A DNA stretch of 64,000 bases from Balanoglossus misakiensis (GCA_040954595.2 CM082596.2:1765854-1829853); one strand, 5' to 3'; positions 12,658 to 23,718 are shown, counted from the first letter of the stretch. Notes: generated by a model not told the origin, from the sequence alone. Translations and numbers: made by a program.

Positions 12658-15633
12658 GGTCATTGAGATGTGTGCTCGTATTGCAGTGATGTCATGGATG
12701 AGAGAGCTGAAGGGTGACATCCAGCGATCCTTGCTTCAGGATGCTTTGAGCGGGGAAAGCCAAAGAAGACCAAACTTGATGACGTCACCAGGAATATGTG
12801 CTCCAAAACCCATGATGTCACAGGAAATGGCAGGCTATATACTTGGAGACATGAGATACTACTGTGCCACCAATTGAATTATCTGCAGATTTCAATCTGT
12901 TTATGCAAATCACTGCCAATTGTATTAATGAATACATTGCCATTATTTATAGACTTGACTTTCCACTGATATGTAGATGTAGGTAGCATCTTAAAACTCC
13001 AGATTAGTACAAAAATCTTTGGATGTTAAGTCATTCACGTTTACTGAGGCAACGAGTGATGTTGATGGTGATGGTTTAAGCCTGGAATATTTACAGATAC
13101 AACTTGTACTCTCTCTATTCATCCTCAGAGAAATCTATGAGCCAACAAATATATTTTTCTTCTCATTCCAAAAATAACTTTTTTGACAGAATTTAACAAT
13201 CTTTACATGGTCCTTTTGAAGTTAGATATGACCAAAGAAACAGGGTGTTCTATTGTGTGGGAGAGAGCGTGGTTTCAAAGTTTCTCTAACCTTCACTTTT
13301 CATAGATTTGATTCTCAATGCAATCAATCTGAAATGTTGTAAGGATAGAGAAACTGTGAATTCTCATTGCTTCAATTCTGACGCCATAACTTGAGAGATT
13401 TTCCATCAAATTATGACTGTTTGAGAAGCTTTGTTGTTGTCTGGATTCTTGCCAATATAAGAATGCTGTGTCGTGTTCCATAATGGAGTGAAGTAGCTGA
13501 CATTAATGGCAAAAATCTAGACTGACTTCAGACTTGGAGCTTCGGATAACATCCTTATCTACAAAACATTGGTTTGAGTTTGGTCATGCAATAGTGACAT
13601 TGTCTACTTTTTTGTTTCCCTCAAAACTGGTCACAGGGTTGCAATAAGTTTGTGGTGATTTTAGGAATGTGAAGGAAAATTTATGGCTCAGAGAAGATTA
13701 ACATGTATCCAGACAAACCATCCACATACACTTTTGCTCATGACCTTTCACCTCAAAGGAAAATGTGGAACCCATAGTAGTAGCCAAGGAATAGCTGGTC
13801 ATACTCATTGACAATAACACTCATTTTATTCCAAAATTAAAAACAGTCTCGAAAAAACAATCTCTTCCATAATGTGTTTTGGCAACAAACTTTTGAAATT
13901 ACATGAGCAATAGAAAAATAAACATCATGTAATATTATCTTGCCTTCACTTTGATATGAAAAGAGAAAATATGGAAAAAAATCTTGGTCTTCATTTCGAT
14001 TTACTGTGGCAATGTTAACATTGTGCTGTCTTCTCCACGGTGGAAATTTTGCCCAATTCTTTGTCAAAATTATCCTAATACTTGGCATTTACCCTTTTTG
14101 TCATGAAAAATATGAATGTGTAATGAAGATTATGGTTTCAGTTTAGGTGTTATGTATATAATAACTACCTTGAGTTTGGTGAGAAAAATGTAAAATTCCA
14201 AAGAAAACAATTCACTTCAAAGATCGTACACATTTTCAAGAAACTATACACAAAATGTAAATTGTCACTTTGTCATGTAACTATTTGATGAGAAATCTGT
14301 GTTTAAAAAAACGCTGGAACAATTAATCACTCTTGACTGAACCTAAATGTGCAATATTGACAGTGAAAGAGCCTGTTGTCCCCATATCTTTCAAATTTTG
14401 GTACAATCCAAATACTTTGTATGGATATATTGGTCTGTATGTCAGTTAATTGTTTTCTCAGAGCTCTGTGTAAATTTTGGGGGAAACTTTTGTACTGTAC
14501 ATAGGGACAACCTTAACAAGGCATGGTCATCAATGTGTAAAATACGAATACCTAATCTTTCAATAACTCTTTTCACTTTCACAAATTTGGAAGTAAGGAG
14601 GATGCTTTAGTTGAAGACTTTAGTATGTGCTAGACGAGGGTTTATAAGATGCAGGTGCATAAGTGTGATGATAAATATGTAAACAATATATTACAGAAAA
14701 ATCTAGATAATATTGGGTGTGTGTCACGTTTTGCTGCCAAATATACTGCCAAAAGAGCTTTGAAATAATTATCATAATCCAGAATGTGTATTTATGTATG
14801 CAGAGAGTTTTGATGTCGAAAGCTTGTTGTATCGATTTTGTAAATAGTGCATTTATGTCATTTATATTCTTTATAATGACATTTGTCTGATTTGGATACA
14901 AAACTTTGTGGTTAAATGTCAGTAATAGTTTCTGAAGGTAGGTACATTTGCATTAATCTGCAAGAATAGCAGGGCAGTTTGAAAGCATGTCACAGACAAT
15001 GTTATAAATTATCCCAAAGTGCAAAACCTGAATTCCCTGAGGTTGATCATGCCCCCATCTTGGTCATCATCTTGTGATTTTCATGATTTATGCAAGTTTT
15101 TGGAAATATTTTCACATTTATAAAGTTTTATATATTTACACTGTTTATTATTTATTATCAGCACCCTTTTTTGGAATGCATTATTTATAGCACTTGATTT
15201 TGCACTGTGTGTATAAACTGATCACAAACAAGGATTCGGAGGATCAAGTCATGTGATATTTTGTCTTCACTTCATTCCTAACTAGTAAATAGAAAAGAAA
15301 TTGTGATTCCTGTGTGTAGAGAGCACTGTCAACTAAGACAGGCCAGCTGGGCTGAGTACAAGTTTGAAGGACTGGCAAAAAGTTGTAATGTCAGTACTTT
15401 CCTACACTTATGGCATCCTTAGCATATGTTTTGATATTTTTCAGTGTTTTTTCTTTCCTCCACTTTGTATCTGATGTGAATATTTATCTGTAGGTTGCAT
15501 ATATTGAAGAAACTGGACTGGAAGTAGACATTGTCATAGTCCACTGGACATAGTTGTACATGTAGATGTTAAACTAATGTAATTCACAACTATTCATATT
15601 TATTGATGTAAAATGAGACAAAAAGGGGATTGT

Positions 15634-15899
15634 AATAAAATAACAAATAAATGAAGAATTTCTGAATGAAAAAAATTGGTAGAAAAGTTATCTCTGTTCA
15701 ACAGTTACACAAGTAAATAACAGTTCACCACACAAAAGTTTTTTGAATTTGAGAAATCACCCAAAATTTATTTAAAAATTAAAGCATGAGCAATTATAAT
15801 ATGTAAGTTTTGAACATTACACCTCTGAAACCATAAACTAGGCACTTATATCGCGCAAATAGACTATGATTGTCTACAAATGTTTCAATGGATAATAAA
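15634..15899 (+). terminator. Candidate polyadenylation signals ending the long MYRIP-like 3' UTR
   Basis: AATAAA at 15634, 15646 and 15894, after ~3 kb of AT-rich sequence with no credible ORF. Confidence 0.45.
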
Positions 15900-15990
15900 C
15901 TACTAAAACTACATATATATTCAATTCCAGAAAACCAATGCAAAGTGATGACGTTGAACTAAAAACGAAAGGGCAGCTGTTCTCCTCAGA

Positions 15991-16083
15991 TCGAAAAATC
16001 CGTCGTTCGAGGGCGCTGTCCACGGGGGGGGGCGCGTATAGCGCGCGCCCGGCCCGTGTCCTTGGACGACGATAATATTTCGG
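15991..16083 (+). other. GC/CpG-rich extended hairpin of unknown identity (structured RNA or regulatory element)
   Basis: Stems: 15991-15996/16078-16083, 16001-16013/16059-16071, 16021-16026/16053-16058, 16030-16036/16044-16050. The non-Watson-Crick pairs inside these stems are all G-U on the + strand. Confidence 0.55.
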
Positions 16084-16787
16084 CTAATAAAAAGGTGTCC
16101 ACACGAACGACGAGGTCAAAAACAGACAGTAAGTACACTTTTGTCTTAACAGTATGTGCTTGTTTGAAAACAATAACTTTGGTGCGAGCGAAATCAGCCT
16201 TCACGTTTCCCGAATGTAACTTATCCTATGTTCATATATTGCTGTCGACTATCGGTAGACTGCGGTTCATACGATGTACAGTTTGGTAATCCATCGAAAT
16301 TTGCAGTTTTCTGGCAACAACATTTTCCAGTTTTTGCAGAGAGCTTATTTTCCTTTATAAAAATATATATCTGTACGATTAAATACATACAATGTATGGT
16401 GTACGCATCATAGCACGGATAGAGAGTTCTACACAAAGGCAAGGTACACAATGGCGGACCTGAATGTTTGTTTATACATATGTATCAACTTGTTTGTAAT
16501 TTAATGTGAAATTTGGACGTTTTCGGTGCATTTTGTTACTTTATCATAATTCCATGTACTGTATGTGTCATATTGACTGTCTGTTTTAAAAAATATGTTT
16601 TTGTTGGTTGGATAAATTTAATAGCAGTATCACATTGTTAAGCTGATTAGCACTTAAATATGTTAATATATGTAAATGGAATTTTAAGTTTAAAATAATT
16701 GATATTGCATAGAAATGCCAATCAGTATTTTACAAACCCTTTACCGTTGCCAGTCATGAATTTTCAAACATTTGAAAAGAACACTAC

Positions 16788-19295
16788 CTAACTTATAAAT
16801 GTCAAAATAGTCACTTGTTGGCACATGTGCAAAGGGTCTGCAAAATAACTGAGGATTAAAATGAATAGAAAGAGCACTATGGGAAGACTTTTTGGCCTGT
16901 AAGCAGCGGATGTAACTTGTCGGGTGCCAACATCATCATTTCCGTCATCTCCATTGGTTTCCTCCGTAATTGGTGGCTTCACTAAAATGGCTTCCATCAT
17001 TCCTTGGTCTTCGTACCTCAGATAGTTGTTATGAATCACCACAGCGCCGATTCTGTCAAAGTGCACCCGAACAGTCACATTTCCATCAACAGGCAGTGTG
17101 TCTCGCCACTCTCCAACCTCATAGAGAATGCCCTCACCAGATGGTGCTGTCTTGTCCACATGGATAATCCGAAAGTGGTGTGCATGCAAGTGGACAGGGT
17201 ACAACATTTGAAGACTTGAGATCATCCACTCTTCCCTGGTACCACTTTCAATCCTCCTCGTGTAATCGCCCACCTCAGAGAAGAGTCTACCATTGAACGT
17301 TTGTTCGCAAGTAAGAAAAGAGTTACTGCAGCTCAGAGTGTAGTCAACAAGATCAGAAGAATGTTCGCGTTCCAGGTTTGGATCAATTGGATCATCAAGA
17401 TAGGTTGGTACTTTGGGTAAAAATGGTGGCAAGGGCATTGCACTCCCTGTGGCAAAGGATACTTCAATTGTGGCTATCTTCTGATGGTGACAGCGAAGGC
17501 CATGGTTGTGTGAATGAAATATGTTGTCACGTGTAGTGTTTGGAGAGGTTTTTAAGTGGAAAGTACCTGGATTTGGACAGGAAACGATGACGTCAGCTCG
17601 TGACCCTGGAGGCAGAACCACCACATCAACTAATGTTGGTTGTAAATGGTAAATTCCATCACGTGCTATCAGATACATATCACACCCTGGCAGCTCTATC
17701 TCTAGAAATTTGGCCTGGCCTGCATTCAGCAACTGGAAAACCTTCTTCTCTAAATTTCTCATCCTCAATTCAGGTCTGAACTGTCCATTTACAGTGACAA
17801 ATTTTGGCGACAGTACATGTTTGATATCGATGTAACTATTTGCTTCCAGATCATCTCCACATAGATTTCCAAGTGCTTGCAGTGAATAATCTTGAAACGG
17901 TGTCTCTCTGAAACATGTGGTTGGGGTAAATGCCAAATTGAAGTATTGAAGGACCATGATTATGTGCTCCATATTATTCAACTCTGCTGGAACAGATGAA
18001 GGATTTTCTGGTTCAATCACTATAGCACCCGCAAGTCCACCAGCAAGATGGAGAGCTGATGACCCATGATAGTGAGAACTGTACCAGTTCAGCCCTGGAG
18101 CATGGTCTGGTGGTATGGTTATCGTGTATGTGTAGCTTGCACCAGGTGGTACACCAACAGTCAATCTGTCTTCATGCGGCAGAATGTGGAGCCCATAGGT
18201 GTAGAAGTTGACAATGTCAGGAGAGATGCCAAGAGCTCTTCGGAGCCGTCTGGGTTCCATCTGCGTATGGTTTATTGAGTCCAATGAGGATTCAGACATT
18301 GATCTTGGCATTGGCATTGGCATTGGCATTGGCCTAGGCACAGGATTCAGTGGTCTACTGGTTGAAATGTCACTGTGAGTAGTTGCAGGGACAGTTTGAT
18401 CCTCTTCAGCCATGTCTTGAATGGAATCAGGGTGAGGGCGTGGTATCAAGATGTCCCCATCATTAAGGTGTGTAGTGGAATTGGATTCTGTTTCATCATA
18501 GTTTGGTGTTGATGATGGCAGGGGTGATTCTGGTGCTGGGTTTCCTCTTGGTACAAATGGTAGGGGCCTTCCAAAATCAATGCTAGAAGCCGTAGTACCA
18601 GTAGTATTAACTTCAGGCACTTCCGGGGGTAACACTGGTGGTTGCCATGGTTGCCATGGTAAGGGCTGTAGTTCTATATCATCACTGTCATTACTGTTAG
18701 AAGCGGTAGTACTAGTAGTACTAACTTCAGGCACTGCTGGGGGAAACACTGGTGGTCTTGGTAAGCGGTCTGGCAAGGGCTGTAGTTCCATATCATCACT
18801 GTCATTACTGTTAGAAGCGGTAGTAGTACTAACTTCAGGCACTGCTGGGGGAAACACTGGTGGTCTTGGTATGAGGTCTGGCAAGGGTGGGCCAAAAAAG
18901 TCTGAAAATGAATACTCTGAAAATGAATAATCTAAAGAAGAATAGCTTGAAAATGAGTCTTCAGGGTTGATTGGAATGGAGTCCGAGTCCACTTCAGATT
19001 CTTGGTCCTTGTCTTTCTCAATGTCATTCTTCAAAGTTATAACTATGGTGTCTCCAGCTCGAGCCTTGATGGTAGGACCTGGCACAGAACCAACACCGTT
19101 GTAGTGGAATGCACGCGTTGTGAATCCGAAAGGTCCACCTTTAAACCGATAAGTCGCTACGGCCAGCTCTATCTGCAGATGGTCACTTTGAGACTGTACA
19201 ACAACTGGCTGCTGAAGACTTTCCCTACCATCTATGGTGTACATGTTCATAGCAAATGCAATGATCAGCAACTTCACTGTATAATGCAAATTCAT
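16788..19295 (-). CDS. Secreted/membrane-anchored three-domain multicopper-oxidase-fold protein with degenerate copper sites (pseudo-MCO), 835 aa, single coding exon
   Basis: Uninterrupted ORF. Cupredoxin signatures: YNG.GSVPGPTIKARAGDTIVITLKND; V.PGASYTYTITIPPDHAPGLNWY..H.HG; GGLAGAIVIE; TVNGQ.RP; LIARDG; LPPGSRADVIV; HLH..HF; WRDTL; EDQGMM. Hydrophobic N-terminus and C-terminal hydrophobic segment. 5'-UTR acceptor TTTTCAG immediately before 19315. Confidence 0.9.
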   Translation of the reverse strand: MNLHYTVKLLIIAFAMNMYTIDGRESLQQPVVVQSQSDHLQIELAVATYRFKGGPFGFTTRAFHYNGVGSVPGPTIKARAGDTIVITLKNDIEKDKDQESEVDSDSIPINPEDSFSSYSSLDYSFSEYSFSDFFGPPLPDLIPRPPVFPPAVPEVSTTTASNSNDSDDMELQPLPDRLPRPPVFPPAVPEVSTTSTTASNSNDSDDIELQPLPWQPWQPPVLPPEVPEVNTTGTTASSIDFGRPLPFVPRGNPAPESPLPSSTPNYDETESNSTTHLNDGDILIPRPHPDSIQDMAEEDQTVPATTHSDISTSRPLNPVPRPMPMPMPMPRSMSESSLDSINHTQMEPRRLRRALGISPDIVNFYTYGLHILPHEDRLTVGVPPGASYTYTITIPPDHAPGLNWYSSHYHGSSALHLAGGLAGAIVIEPENPSSVPAELNNMEHIIMVLQYFNLAFTPTTCFRETPFQDYSLQALGNLCGDDLEANSYIDIKHVLSPKFVTVNGQFRPELRMRNLEKKVFQLLNAGQAKFLEIELPGCDMYLIARDGIYHLQPTLVDVVVLPPGSRADVIVSCPNPGTFHLKTSPNTTRDNIFHSHNHGLRCHHQKIATIEVSFATGSAMPLPPFLPKVPTYLDDPIDPNLEREHSSDLVDYTLSCSNSFLTCEQTFNGRLFSEVGDYTRRIESGTREEWMISSLQMLYPVHLHAHHFRIIHVDKTAPSGEGILYEVGEWRDTLPVDGNVTVRVHFDRIGAVVIHNNYLRYEDQGMMEAILVKPPITEETNGDDGNDDVGTRQVTSAAYRPKSLPIVLFLFILILSYFADPLHMCQQVTILTFIS
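18583..18888 (-). repeat. Coding tandem repeat (~108-114 bp units, about 2.8 copies) within the pseudo-MCO insert
   Basis: Units PLPDLIPRPPVFPPAVPEVSTTTASNSNDSDDMELQ / PLPDRLPRPPVFPPAVPEVSTTSTTASNSNDSDDIELQ / PLPWQPWQPPVLPPEVPEVNTTGTTASS; also a (GGCATT)4 run at ~18308-18333 encoding PMPMPMPMP. Confidence 0.9.
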
Positions 19296-21128
19296 CTTGC
19301 TTTGGTTTCAGCAATCTGAAAATAAAAATATGTTTTAACTCTCTTTTACTTTTTGTCAGATGGAATTTCAGTCTATTGTTACAAAATACAAGTCAAAGCT
19401 CAAACACAAAAGCAGTATAATATTGTCTTGATGAGGGCCTTCAAAAGAATAGAAAAGCTACCGTTTTGTGGCATTCCAACAAATGTGACAAGTTTTAAGA
19501 TAACCTCCGACCTCTGCAGTTTGTGAAAGTCAAATCGACCGTGAAGGTCCGTGTACGAATTCATTTTGAAAACTCAATAATCTTCATTGTCCGGTCTTCA
19601 AGGGTTTAACTTCTAAAGGATATGGAACGATTTTTGACAGAAGGATTTGAGCGCCAACAAAGGCTCCGTCACCATTGTGGTTCTTGGACAACGCAAGATG
19701 GTCTGGTGTCTTCAGGCGTCTAGTCGACTAATTGGGGGATTAACACAAACTTAACAAAGGGACACAGAAGTCTGGCTCGATAAGCTTATCCTTACGCAGT
19801 TTTGCTCCTGCACAATCGTTCATTAAGGCACGGGATCTACATTGAAATGAACATGGCGCTGTCAGTTTCAACACATGCCACTACTGAAAACAAAATGCCA
19901 ACTATATGTGATCTATTTGGGACTTTCTATCTCAGTATTCCTAAAATCTCTCCCAAAACAATAGACTGAGTAGTGATTTTGTGATCGTCGCGTAAATGAC
20001 ATTCCTGGTGTGCAAACGTCATTGACTTTAAGAATTGAGGAACGTTCCAGAGACAATTGCTAGTAATTTTTAAATAATAAAATCTTTTTTTACCACACTT
20101 GGGTACAGTTTAGTGACCAATGATGTATTTTATTCGCTGTTAAAAGACGAACGAAAAGTTAAGTGCGTGGCTATACAGAGAAAATCAAGGCCGAAGACGT
20201 CACAATATCTCAAGCTTTGACATTGCAAGTACGCGAGTTCAAAAACCTCAAATGCAAATACGAAGGACTCGGGAGAGTTCAGTGGAAATGATCATGAGAA
20301 ATGGAAGTATAGCATTGTATCTGTATTTTCCAGACAATCTAGTTTTACTGTACCTGGTCTAAAGTAAAAAGTAAAAGAACGATTCCACAGAAAAAATTGC
20401 AGACAAGTGGATTTGTAACCAAACTCTTCAACGTTTACCAGGATAAAGCGATTACTGTTCTTTTCAATATTTTAATGTAGGCTAAATTGTTGACTTTCAT
20501 CGAAAATATGTTGTGCTTTTCAATAATATCACTCCATTAAAACTGTATATGGAAAATATGGTTCGAGAATTTTTGTTTTATAAACCTGTCCTGATCGAAG
20601 ATAGACTCGACTCAATGCGGCGTTTTAGTTCTCATTTCATATCTTTTCAGAATTGAACATATATTCTTGTCAGTGTTCATAAAAAGTTGGCAAGGGTCGG
20701 ATTATTATTCCGATTAACACATTTTTGGAGACGTGTCCGCAATTGGGGGAAAGTTATCCCAATATACTATCCACGCGACAAATTGTCGACGTTCTTGAGA
20801 TGAAATCTCAAGCTGTTCACGTATCGATCCACCATGAAAAAGCACAAATACATTTCTTGTCTCTAATCCTGAACTGTCTAACGACCTTAGGAACATTTGT
20901 CCCCGTCAAGTTGTACCTTTGTCGTAAGATCTATAAGGTGACAGTGCGTTGTCAAGACTTAATTTTTTAATCACTACGAAAGAGCGAAACCAGGCGAAAC
21001 GTAACAAGTGATTTTTTCTTATGATAAAGTTCGAAGAAAGTTGTCTTAACGTGATAATTTCCATGTCACTGAAAATGTATCTGAGTCTTTTATAAGTCTT
21101 TGAGATCAATTGGCGAGCGAACAGATAA

Positions 21129-21310
21129 ACTCACCTCTGAAAATCCGACGAGTTAGAGAACTTCTCCAAGTCTGCGGCAAGGACAAGACGTCTATATAAA
21201 GTCGACGTCGCAACGCTGTGTGACCGATCGCAATCAATGACGTGGGGTGGGATGGTCACGTGGTTGGCTCGGGGAGATAAAAGTCATTGCGTGGGGGATG
21301 TCACGGTGGT
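21129..21310 (-). promoter_or_regulatory. Probable promoter and short non-coding first exon of the pseudo-MCO gene
   Basis: Minus-strand donor G|GTGAGT (GT at 21134-21133); TATA-like element at 21191-21200 (TATATAAA on +, TATATAGA on -); upstream CpG-rich block with TGACGTGG (21238-21245) and GTCACGTGG (~21255-21263). Confidence 0.5.
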
Positions 21311-23718
21311 GATGGAGCTGATGTATCACTGTAAGAGGTTGTGTCGTGTATTTCGAACGAAAATGTTACCGGGGTACTTCAGAATAAATGTGTAGGGACG
21401 CCTCAAGCCATGCTTACCGTATTAAGCGGCCGTTAAGCAAACCAAAAAAAGTTACACTTTCGTTATCACGTTTTATCGGGTGTTTCAAGTTACTGTTAAC
21501 GGTTAACCGTGGTTGCGTGTATGCGTGTTTTATTGAACATTTACAAGACAATCGATGGCAAATAATCTTAAAGAGAAGACGTTCATAGCCGTACGTATTA
21601 TCTCCCATGGAAGGACCTGGTTACGACCAAACTGCATATTTCAAAAACTTTGCCTAACACCTTATATGTTGGAGTTAACATACATAGCTTTTGGTAATTT
21701 TTATCGAGAAAAAATATCATCGAAAAAAGGGTCAGAAAATAAACGGTCCCAGAAACGCCCGCAAAATGTGTTTGTTTCAGTGCGTGTAGTAGCCAATGTA
21801 ATGAGTGTTGGAATACAATGCCTTACACTATATATTCATACATTATTATCATTATCTGCAGACACGCATTATCATGGTTGTTTAATTATAATTTATATAG
21901 TTAGTCACGTGATTTAGTTGAGCATCATATTAAGATAGAACGCCAAATTCCAGCACTTTTGCAAGAGTTGCCAGAAAGCCTTGCGTCTCTGGAGGATGGC
22001 TTTCCACAACATCGCTGTTGCTCCTTGCAAAATATGTCTGATGTTGTTGCTGTGTATCCATTTAGGATCTGCTGTGATATGTAAGTACACGGATGATTTG
22101 ACAAATTTGTAGTCTGTATTAAAAGGTAAAGACATTCAAAAGATGCTGATCAGTAAATGCTAACATCTTGATTATGTTATTGGCATGGCATGGAATAAAA
22201 GCACGAGTCTTCTGTAGTTGGGTGAATTGAAACATTGTACCTATACTTCTGAGTGTGCTGATGCCGGCTTATTGTATATATCATCATAGCCATCTACAGC
22301 GTAGTAAAAGTGAAGTTGCCACAATTATCAATGGGTTATTGAACCACCATATTAAGGACAAGTTTTGTGTGCCCCTTTTGGTTAAATAGGCTTTAGACTT
22401 TAAGGTAATTAAGTGATGGTGGTTAGGATTTTGGTATACTTGAGAGTTTGATTTTCAACCTGGTTACGTGATATGGCTGCACCCCCCAATGTGTGTGTAT
22501 AATGGACAAATTTGTTGGTGCATTGACAATTTTGCAACTTGATTTCGTTCTAGTTGGTGTTCGATACATATATTGCTATGAGTGAAAACATTTTGAAGGC
22601 TCAATGTTTAAACGAGTCATTTATGATGACTTAGAATTAAGCAGGTTTTTACATTAATTCATGTGTCATCATTTTCTTCGGTACTGTCATAGTAACATGA
22701 ACAGGAACAATACCGCAGGGAGGTCATTTTACCATGTTTCTTACCGCGGGCTTTTGGAGTGAACATAAAGGTGTCAACTGTATATTTCTTATGTCGGGAC
22801 TCTTTGATTGTTCCTAGTGTATGAGATCTCATTAACAATTCAGTAACAAGAGTAATTTACGGTGAGGTTTTTGCAAGCACTTCCCAAGGCAGTCATCACG
22901 CTATTGAGATGTTTCTTTGTGTTGTCAAGGAAACTTTAAAGCATGTAACCCAATATCTGCAAACGTACATGTACGTATTCTGTGGTAATGTTGCCAAACA
23001 GATCCAGTATTCTCCTATTCTTGGCGAGGTTCAGAATGGAGTGGAAATTTTTATGCTTCTTGACAAGCACTTTTTATGACAAATGAATGTTGATATAAAA
23101 CAAACAAAAATAAATATGAGAGAAAATATTGATATAATGTTTAGCTATACTAATTAAGGTCTAAAAATTAGACAGAGTCATAGCTCATGGGCCTTTAAGT
23201 CAACCTTGAGCACATCTTCATTGTGATATTGATTGCTTGAATTGTCTTCACATCTTATAATCTACATAGTATATTGCTCAAAGGGTAGATGGTATATCGC
23301 CAGATCTGTATCAAAGAGGATAAGATGAATTTTTAATAAGCTACTATTTTTATAGAAATGTACCATTGGGCACTTGATATGAATGTTACCAATACTTTAT
23401 TGTCAAGCTTTTCAATTCATCAGGGAAAATAATACATCTGTGCATATTGTTCCTGAATTCTAAGCCTTTGCCATCAAATAGTAAATGTGATGGGGATTCT
23501 TTTCAACATGATCTGAAAAGGAAATGTTGCTCATGGCAAGAGTCAGTAAATATTGATAGAGTTGTGTGACGTACACGTAGGCAAATTTTACGGATGCCAG
23601 CAATGAATATTTTTAAAATTATTTCCTATGAAGAGACATTGGTGAAGTCAGTATGCACCACAGAGTTAATTGGTTGTATCAAACTTGTAACTATACATGT
23701 ATAATTCTTTATTTTCAG

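Noticed and set aside
15945-15990. Hammerhead-ribozyme-like string gTGATGA-cGTT...AAC-GAAA-GGGCAGCTGTTC-TC with a palindromic stem III
   Set aside because: The invariant C3 is G, there is an extra base before stem II, and no stem I can form; not a credible hammerhead.
16450-16505. ATGGCGG (YY1/Kozak-like) start of a + strand gene enclosing the MCO
   Set aside because: The frame closes after 17 codons and no convincing donor or downstream exon chain was found.
16995-18203. Restoration of MCO His ligands by RNA editing of TAY codons to CAY
   Set aside because: U-to-C editing is not established for animal nuclear mRNA, and the Cys->Asn, His->Asn and His->Ser changes could not be repaired that way.
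23380-23382. In-frame TGA at a Cys-like position as selenocysteine
   Set aside because: The frame stops again shortly after, other Cys positions are also degenerate, and I recognised no SECIS.
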